Source: Chromera velia
Lineage: Eukaryota
DNA length: 56,541 nucleotides
Assembly (NCBI GenBank): GCA_018398765.1
Contig: JAHBMJ010000073.1
Span: 1-56,541 of the forward strand
Direction of reading: 5' to 3'
The notes under the pieces were generated by a model. It was not told the DNA's origin, ran no database searches, and worked only from the letters and a program-made list of their open reading frames with translations. A program made the translations under genes and the position numbers. Of this stretch, positions 48,209 through 56,541 are shown one piece after another (the first letter of the stretch is position 1; each line of letters opens with the position of its first letter).

Positions 48209-48845
48209 TCAGTCAGTCACCGTACTGCCACCTCCAACCGACTGGAATGCCGACAAGCCGCGAGACTCCGGACCCCCAACCACAGTTCTGAACTGAGTCT
48301 CCTCATCTTCAGCCTTTCCCTGCGCGTCGGAGTCCCGACACAAGCAGGAGCCAAAACAGAAAGTCTGGAGTGACGCCCAGAAATTTGAAGTAGAGCTTCC
48401 CTCGGTCGGAATCATTTCGCCCCCCCACCTCATCCTCTCCCACTCCTCCTCCGTCACTGTCATCGCCAAATAGACTTCCTCTGCCATCTTCTCAAACCGC
48501 CCGCCGCCCTCCCTCTCTGCAAGGCGCTCGGGCAGCCTGGCAAGGTCCTTCTTTGCCGCGACATCCTGAAGGGCCACGGGGCCCAGCGCAGAAGAGGCAG
48601 AGCTCGTGTAGGTCTTCGCACACGGCAGGAGAACCTCCTCAAGCTGCTCGTCTTGATTCTGCACAGTCACAAGAAGCCACATGACACTCAATTGAGGTTT
48701 TGCGCGCTACAGAGACAGCACACACAAACAGACACAGACACAGACACAGACACAGACACACACAAACGTACACGCGCGCACACACGGACGCACACGCACG
48801 CGCATGAACGCACACGCACGCGCACGAACGCACACGGACACACAC

Positions 48846-48907
<62 letters not shown>

Positions 48908-49187
48908 TCACACACAAACGTACACGCGCGCACACACGGACGCACACGCACGCGCATGCACGCGCACAGACGCACACGGACGCACACGGACACACACGCA
49001 CACACACACGGACACACACACGGACACGCACACACAAACATACATGCACACACACACGCGCGTACACGCGCGCAAACACACTTACACAGACAGACACACA
49101 CGCGCGCGCGCACACACACACATATACACACACACACACACGGGGACACGGACACGGACGCACACGGACGCACACGGACGCACACGG

Positions 49188-49252
<65 letters not shown>

Positions 49253-49267
49253 CACAGACACACACAG

Positions 49268-49301
<34 letters not shown>

Positions 49302-49421
49302 ACACATACAAACACACACACACACACACAGAGAGAGACACGGACACAGACACACACACACACACACACACACACGCACGCACGCACGCACGCACACGCA
49401 CACACACACAGACAGACACAC

Positions 49422-49459
<38 letters not shown>

Positions 49460-51602
49460 GCCCGCTCGCCTATACACGCCAGCAAAATGCGCATGCATAA
49501 AAACGTACACACATCTTCATACACATATTCATTCAGCAAAAGAAGTGTTAAGATAGAGCAGACACGACGGCGACATAGAAAAGAGCTTCAAAGAAGATTG
49601 GACAGTCTGTGACCTCACCTCCAGAGAAATCCCCAGCCCCCCTTGTCTGGTTGTCGCCCTGGACAGCGCGGGCGGACACGACACTCCAGCGAATGCATCC
49701 ATTTGGAGGAGGGCGGAGACGGAAAGCCTCTCTCCTGGCTGGAACTTCAGCATCGCACTGCAGTATGCAGCACCAGCGGCGTTGCGTACGGGAACTCACG
49801 AGAGCATACATTGAAATCACTTCGCTTGGCGAAGAAAACCATGAGAAATACAGACATGAAGCCAGAATGCCTAGCAAAGGGCGTAGGTGGATCGACTCAA
49901 AGCAATTCTTTGCGGTGCTTCAAAGACACAAGGCAAGAAAATGCAGCCAAATGCCACACTCACTGACCGCAACACGGACTGCAGCCTGGGTGGGACCTGC
50001 AAAAAATCATGAATTGAGGATAAAAAAGGGAGGAAAGGCGGGGAAAGGCGAAACGCGAACCATCAGAAGCGTTCCAACCAAGTCGACTACCGAGGTGAAA
50101 AACAAGAACACAGATTTAATTGAACATCAGAATCAGCATCAAACAGGTTTGATCAGGGTCTCCAGTACCTCGCCAGAGCTTTAAGCTGGACTAGCACCCC
50201 CGTCTCTCTAATTGTTGTTTGTTGCGACAAGATGCACCCATCAGTGTCTACGCTCCGGCCGACACTTCACACTTTTTCCAGCGTTTCGCAGCCGTGCAAC
50301 CGCAAACGCTCATGCTCAGGGAGGGACGAATGGTTACATCTAGTGAAGAAGAGCGAGAAGTAAAGCCGAAGAAGAAAAAAGAAGAGTGGCAGGCCGGTTG
50401 GGAGGCCGCTCAATGGATGAGCGTGGAAGGGGGGGGGAGCAGAAAGAGAGGGGTGGGTGAAAGGGGAAAAGAGAAGGAGTGGGATGAGAAGAGACACATG
50501 TGCATATGTATCCGATCACATCTGCATGTACGTATTTAAACATGTGTGTACCGCTGACTTGATTTCTTGTCTTTTCACTTGGGGACTGAATGTTTTCTGT
50601 TCTGCCAACCCAGGCCTCTTGAGGCAGTCAGTGCACAAACTTGCCACACATCCAGGACGTTTGTTTCATCGATGACTCCCAGGGTGACTCGTGTGTGCTT
50701 TTTGTGTCTGCTGACCTGTGTAAGGCACTGTTCGATAAGTTCCATCCCCCCTCCTGGGACGCAGTCGCCATGTGCACACCCTGCTTTCCTCCAGTAGAAG
50801 TTCCGCATAAATTTCCAGTCTGGAGGAGACGTGATGGGGGCCTCGGCGAAGGGAGTCTCCCAGGGGAACTGCGCGCATTTGATCAATATTCCGTGAATGA
50901 ATCAAAGTCACGGCGACCCCCTTTCGGAGTGCGTCTCTTTCAGAACTTAGGAGAGAGACTTCATTCAACATTTGAGAAGGGCGTCTCAGTCAATCAGACA
51001 AAAAGACTTCAACAGGCGGCTTTCGGTATGAAGAAAACAAGCAAGACACATAAGTCAACCCTGGTGCGCATAAAAAAATACCGATGAAACCTTCTGACGT
51101 TCACAAAGCCCCAGAGTACACTCAGTTGCGATTTTGCTCACTTACCTTGTCAAGAACCAGAACTAGAAAGAGCATTCCCGCGGCCCACACGTCGACAGAC
51201 TTGTCGTACTGGACACGTTTCTTGGCGGACAGGAACATCTCAGGTCTGCAAAGACAAAAGAAAGCGCCAGGCGATCGAAAGCAACATGAAGCGTGAGTGA
51301 CTAAGTCGAGTCGACGGAACAAAAGTTGAAAAGCAGAGGCTTGAGCAGGGGCGGTTTTCGAGGAAGTGCAACGTGTTTCTCCTATGCAAGAGCAGGGTAT
51401 CCCTAGGTCAACACAAAGCAGCGGCAAAGGGTAGCAGAGGCGAGCTGGAGGAGATGATCACATTTTACAAGACAAAAGCCATAAACGCGATCGCGCGCAC
51501 ATACACACTCAGTTACACTCTCGCACACAACGATCTCTCTCTTTCTCTCTCTCTCCCCCCCCCCTCCCTCCCTCTCTCTCCCTTCCCGTTTATCCCTTCC
51601 TA

Positions 51603-51640
<38 letters not shown>

Positions 51641-54087
51641 AGTGTGTGTGTGAGAGAGAGAATGTGTGAGTGCAGACGTGCGCGTGCAGGCGTGAGCACG
51701 CGCAAGCATCATTCTAGACCGTCAACAGACAGGCAGGCAACCAGACAGACAGAGAGACAGAGAGAGGGGCAGAGAGGCAGACAAACCAGCGAACAGACAG
51801 AGAGACGGACAGAAAGGCAGATAGCCAGACAGGTAGACAATAAGACAGATGAACAGACGGACAAAGGGAGGGACAGACAGACAGGCAACCAGACAGATAA
51901 ACCAGCAGAGAGGGAGACCAAACGACGGACAGACAGACAGATAGACAGGCAGGCAGACAGACAGATAGTCAGAAAGGCAGATAGCAAGACAGACAGACGA
52001 ACGGACGGACAGGGGGAGGGACAGACTGTATGTGTCTTTTTTTCCCTGGTCAGACCGACAGGCAGAAATACAGACAGACGTAGATACAAATGGAGACTCT
52101 CTGAGACGGACGCACAGACAGGCACACAGACAGAGCAAACGAAGCAAAGGAGGGAAAGAAAGTCAATGACATCCAAAGATCAAATGCATGCATTTGCAAC
52201 TTGCGAACGTGCATCTCTCCGTCCCCATCTGCATGTGACCGAGCCTGAGTGTGTATGTGTGCGTGTCTCGTGCATTCCTGTGCGTCTTTGTTTATGCCAC
52301 AGGGCATCTATCTGTATGTTTACGTGCAAAAGTCGACCCACGGGATCACTGGAAAGGGACAAGAAACAGGACAGCAGAGGCCGCCGACAAACAAAGGTGC
52401 AGCTATATGGATGGATAGAGACTGACGCCATGTAGTCAAAAGTGCCAACAAAGGTCAGCGCCAGATCAGATTCTCTCTCCCTCCCCCCTCTCCCCAGCCT
52501 CATCCTCCGGGCGAAGCCAAAGTCCCCAAGGACGATGATGTACTGCAAAGAGGCATGCAGGTCGTTTTTGCAACATGTAGACGAAATCATGTAGTGCAGG
52601 AACACAGGCTCTCAGGAGGTCAGGCAGATAGAGTGTTTTTAACAATAGGCAGGAGGGGCGTATTGTAAAGTAGGGAGAGAAAGAGAGACATGGGAATATG
52701 AACATCCCCGACAGAAAGCAGAGAATGACAAGCACTAGGGCCTGCAGGAAGAATAACGAAAGGAAACTTGCAGCTCGCAACTTTTTACGTCAATGAAAGT
52801 CGGTTTAGGAAAATAGACCGAATACATGGAACTCTGGTTTTGCCTAGGGTTTTGCGCCTTCAAATCATGAAGCAAAGTCTTCCAATTCCAAGCTTTGAAA
52901 AGAGTGCATCCAGATGTATAGTAATACATTTCGTCTATCAAATAGAAAGCCCAGTAGAAAGTGTCAAAAAATCTGGCTCTTAAATCAACTGCGTATCATG
53001 AATCCCTTCAATCTTTCATGCAGGTTTGTTCAACATAAAATCATGGATGCAGTCAATGAGACATCATGATGCACAAATCAGAAAGGGACTGGCATGCCGC
53101 TGGCATGCATGGGCGGACTGTCAGAAAAGGCCAGTCGCGACTCACCCTTCCATTTCGCTGTTCGAAGAAAATGTTTTCCAGTTTTATGTCCCTTGTGCGA
53201 TTTCGTCTGGGTCGTTATGCAGCTTCTCAAGGCCCACGAGGAGCTGCTGCAGCAGATCAACCGCCAGATCCTCGTCAATGGTCCCCACTTTCTCTTTCAG
53301 GTCAACGAGGTCTCCTTCTGCAATCACACGCACCAATCAAGGCTACCATATATCAAAAGGATGTCGAAGGGCGTTTGATGCAGTGTGGTGTCTTTGCGGG
53401 TGAAGATTTGAAAGGATTGGAAGCCAGTTCAGATTGGAAGGGTCGTCAGGAAGGGTCGCCTTGGGACACGATTCATCGTCTGATTCGACCTAAGATTCGT
53501 CTCTGTCTCACTCTTGAAATGAAACGGAAATCTGCGCAGCATGCAGAGACTGGGCGGCCTATAGAGACTAGCGTAGAGAGCAGCAAATTGCATGTAGACG
53601 GCGGGTCTCTTCTGCTGTAAGCGGCCGTAAGTCTCCTCTCAACTCACCGTATTTCTTCGTCACAATGAGCAGATGATCCCGGAACACCCAGAATACATCC
53701 ACCAGCTCTGCATAGCTACCCTTCTTGGCAATCATCACCTCAACCTCTGACTTGAGCCTCTGAAAAGGAGTTCATTTTCCTGTCCCTTCACGCCTGCTCT
53801 GCCTTGACTGCACGCACAAAAACAGAGCTTCAAGCATCCAAAACCATGCACCGCCGTGCACCGTGACTGTCATGGCAGTCATGTCCATGCACTAGAACCA
53901 GACTGCATGGGAAACTTGACTGACCATCAATCTTCTCTAGCTTTCCGACGACGTCCTGGCCGTTTGGATCCTTCAAATAGACGATCTTGTCGTGATGGGA
54001 CATGCTTTCAAAGGTATATCGGCCCCGCATTCGAGAGTTCACCTCCACTTTGATCGCAGTGTGAACAAAACTTTGTCTTTGTCCCAT
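48209..54087 (-). CDS. Multi-exon Ser/Thr protein kinase with a 1-nt deletion in the HRD codons (pseudogene or assembly error)
   Basis: Exons 54087-53925, (probable micro-exon near 53808-53795), 53759-53648, 53317-53146, 52542-52427, 51245-51146, 50868-50716, 49996-49968, 49757-49619, 48658-48209; motifs VVGK, (H)[42 protein letters not shown] start suits N-myristoylation. Confidence 0.85.
48712..49460. repeat. About 750-bp complex (CA)n/(CG)/(GA)n microsatellite in a kinase intron
   Basis: Direct reading; source of spurious HT/VC ORFs. Confidence 0.95.
51728..52027. repeat. Degenerate (GACA)n tract in a kinase intron
   Basis: Direct reading. Confidence 0.85.
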
Positions 54088-54291
54088 CTCTGACGACAGT
54101 GTAGAGTCAGACGATGCACCAGGACGACTAGTAAGGATGACACGCAGATTGACGCAGAGTGAATGGAAGAACCCGAAGAAAAACTGTGTTACACAGAGGG
54201 ACGTGAAACATGCAGCCAATGAGCTCTGGCAAGTGAGCTCAGCCAGTTCACACCATGTATATATATACGTTGACACCATATATTAATACGG

Positions 54292-54757
54292 GATACACCC
54301 AACCAGTTGGGTGAGTGCCTCGGGGGGCTATTTAGGGGTCCGCTAACACCATCGGGGGCTTGGGCATGTCTAAGTTGTGTGCTGCCATGGGGCGGGGGCC
54401 ACGGCAGCGAAGTATGCTTTTCGGGACCGCGCGCGCATCGTGTATGCATCTGCAACTCGATCCGTGCGAGTTACTTGAGGGGCACGCATGCGCAAAGTAA
54501 TTATAAGGCATGTGCGAGTTGCTTGAGGGGTACATTTTGGAACTCGGGCGACACCGACCGTGACGGAGACAGAACCGATCCCCCGGCCCCCCAAAATGAA
54601 AAAATGCGTTATGCGAGTGCGTGCGATCTCAGGGCCTCTCGGCTGATCTCAGCAGAGCTGAGCTGCCCCCCGAGGCGATATTAATATATATGCACGTTAA
54701 CTCAAACCATGTGCACTGAATACCCCCCGAAGCACTCACCCAACTGGTTGGTGTATC
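54292..54757. mobile_element. MITE-like element or long inverted repeat in a divergent promoter
   Basis: GATACACCCAACCAGTTGGGTGAGTGCCTCGGGGGG (from 54292) is inverted at 54723-54757; can be read as TA|CACC...GGTG|TA; internal direct repeat GTGCGAGTTRCTTGAGGGG twice. Confidence 0.7.
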
Positions 54758-55154
54758 ACGTGCACATACATGCATGAATGCATGCATTGGTCGAAAGGCG
54801 AATGTACGTGTATATATATATATATATATATAGACGGGATGGGCTTGGCTTCTGACTTTGGGTGGTTCTCTTCCCATACGCACTGTCAGTGAGACGACGG
54901 ATCACACCATCACTTCAAAGAATTGAGTGCGTCCGCTTGATTCAAACCCTCTGTCAACCTGTCACTCGGGTTTACGACGTGTTTCACGTCGCGCGCGTAG
55001 TTGCGCCTCCACCAAGTTTCTTCTCTGCCAGACGAATACACTTTCCAGTCAGTCACTTGCAAGCCCTTGCTGCAAGAACCCGTGTTCGTATCACCATTTC
55101 ACTAATTCTCCACTTCTGCCTCTCCCTCTGTCTTGTGTGCAGTCTGCAGCGCCG

Positions 55155-56028
55155 ATGGACCGGTTCCCCCCCTCTCACACAGACCGACACCAAAGCAGTG
55201 TCCCAAATCCCCCCTGAGTCTCTGTCTGCTGCTCTCCTCAACCCAGAGGGTGACACATGGCTGACGGACCCGATCGTCGGCGGACAGCCTTCCCCTCCCG
55301 TTCCCCTCTTTCTGATCCCTGACACTTGGACAGCCCGATCACCCGCCAAAGGAAAGAAGAAGCCCTCCAAGAAGAAGACCACCGCTACAGCTCCTGCATG
55401 GACTGCAGAGTCCAGTCCGACAGCTGCCCAAAGATCCGTGCAGCCGGTCGAGATAGAGGCTCAAAAGTTGAAGAGGAAGGGGGACGAGGAAATTCGTACC
55501 TTCTGGATCTGTTGCTGCCCCGAGGAAGCGCACATGCGCACAAAGAGACTACTCAAAAATCCCCCCCCCGAAGGACCTCTCATTGTCGACAACGAAGAGG
55601 GCGTGATCGGCACCTGCGACCCCGGAGACAATCCTGCCCCTCATGCCGACGACTACTTCTACGACGACGGAGTTTCCTACCACGACTACCCTGATGGTGA
55701 CGACGATGGGGGGATGGATGACGGGTTTGAGGAGGGGGACTCGTGGAAGGGCAGTGGGGGGGGATACGAAGCTCCTGCTCCGCTTCCCTCCAGACGCGCC
55801 TCCCAACCGACTGCACGTCCCCCCTCCGCACTGAAGATGACGTCTGCTGCCTCGTCTGATCTGGTCTCTTCGTCTGTCTCCTCGGGTTCTTTCTTCTCGT
55901 TTTCCTTGAACAGCTCCAGAAGCACACAGCAGCAGAAGCAGCAGATGAATCCGACACAGCTGCAACAAACACAGAAGCAGAGACCAAAGTCAGGAGCAGG
56001 AACTTTCTCGATGGAGGGACAACTGAAG
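55155..56028 (+). CDS. 5' exon of an unknown low-complexity protein continuing beyond the window
   Basis: Long protein-like frame (ORF 54862-56040) ending at a strong donor AAG|GTGAGT (56029) followed by an intronic microsatellite; start uncertain. Confidence 0.65.
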
Positions 56029-56295
56029 GTGAGTAAGTAAACAAGCGGGTGTGTGTGTGAATGAGTAAGTTGACGAGGGAGTGGTACGTTGATTCAGTTA
56101 GTACCATTGGGAAATGAAATCAGAACACCCGAAAAGGTAAAGAGCTGTTCACTTGTATGTGTTTGTGTGTGCAGTTTGATGTGGACATTTCTGTGTGGGG
56201 TCGTTTCGCTTCCGTGTGAATCCACCTATTCACGCACTTTGGGTTTTGATTCTCTCTTTCAATCTGCCCCAAATAGTTTAATCGGAAGCCTCTCT

Positions 56296-56454
56296 TTCTT
56301 CCTTCCTTCCTTCCTTCCTTCCTTCCTTTCTTCCTTCCTTCCTTTCTTTCTTTCTTTCTGTCTGTCTGTCTGTCTGTCTGTCTTTCTTTCTTTCTTTCTT
56401 TCTTTCTTTCGTTCTTTCGTTCTTTCTTTCTTTCTTTCTTTCTTTCTCTCTCTG

Positions 56455-56528
<74 letters not shown>

Positions 56529-56541
56529 TGTATGTGTGTGT
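56296..56541. repeat. Compound (CCTT)(CTTT)(TCTG)(CT)(GT) microsatellite
   Basis: Direct reading. Confidence 0.95.

Noticed and set aside
48639..49612. Long HT/VC-repeat ORFs
   Set aside because: Translations of an intronic CA/TG microsatellite.

Overview
Eukaryotic, intron-rich nuclear DNA. The microsatellite-filled introns, frequent GTCAGT donors, CxHG..CxxCGG zinc-ribbon gene and signal peptide followed by Phe suggest a chromerid alveolate such as Chromera velia (inference, not verified). The first 10.5 kb is bounded by split direct repeats (A1...B1-A2-spacer-B2) with a GAATG core at each junction, the layout of tyrosine-recombinase (Ngaro/PAT/VIPER-type) retroelements. Its interior holds a decayed Cys-rich frame and about 6 kb of a 48-bp double-hairpin tandem array, interrupted by a 1565-bp TIR element with an 8-bp target duplication. 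The rest holds about nine genes: an MBL-fold hydrolase, two protein kinases (one with an in-frame TAG, one with a frameshift in HRD), an intronless EEP nuclease/phosphatase, a secreted Cys-rich protein with an in-frame TAG, an intronless atypical peptide deformylase, a zinc-ribbon repeat protein, a 12-exon Cys-rich multipass membrane protein, and a gene running off the right end. Eight of them form four head-to-head pairs separated by AT-rich transposon-relic islands. Repeat copies differ almost only by C>T/G>A transitions, suggesting a RIP-like or methylation-driven mutational process. All alignments, counts and exon models were made by hand.
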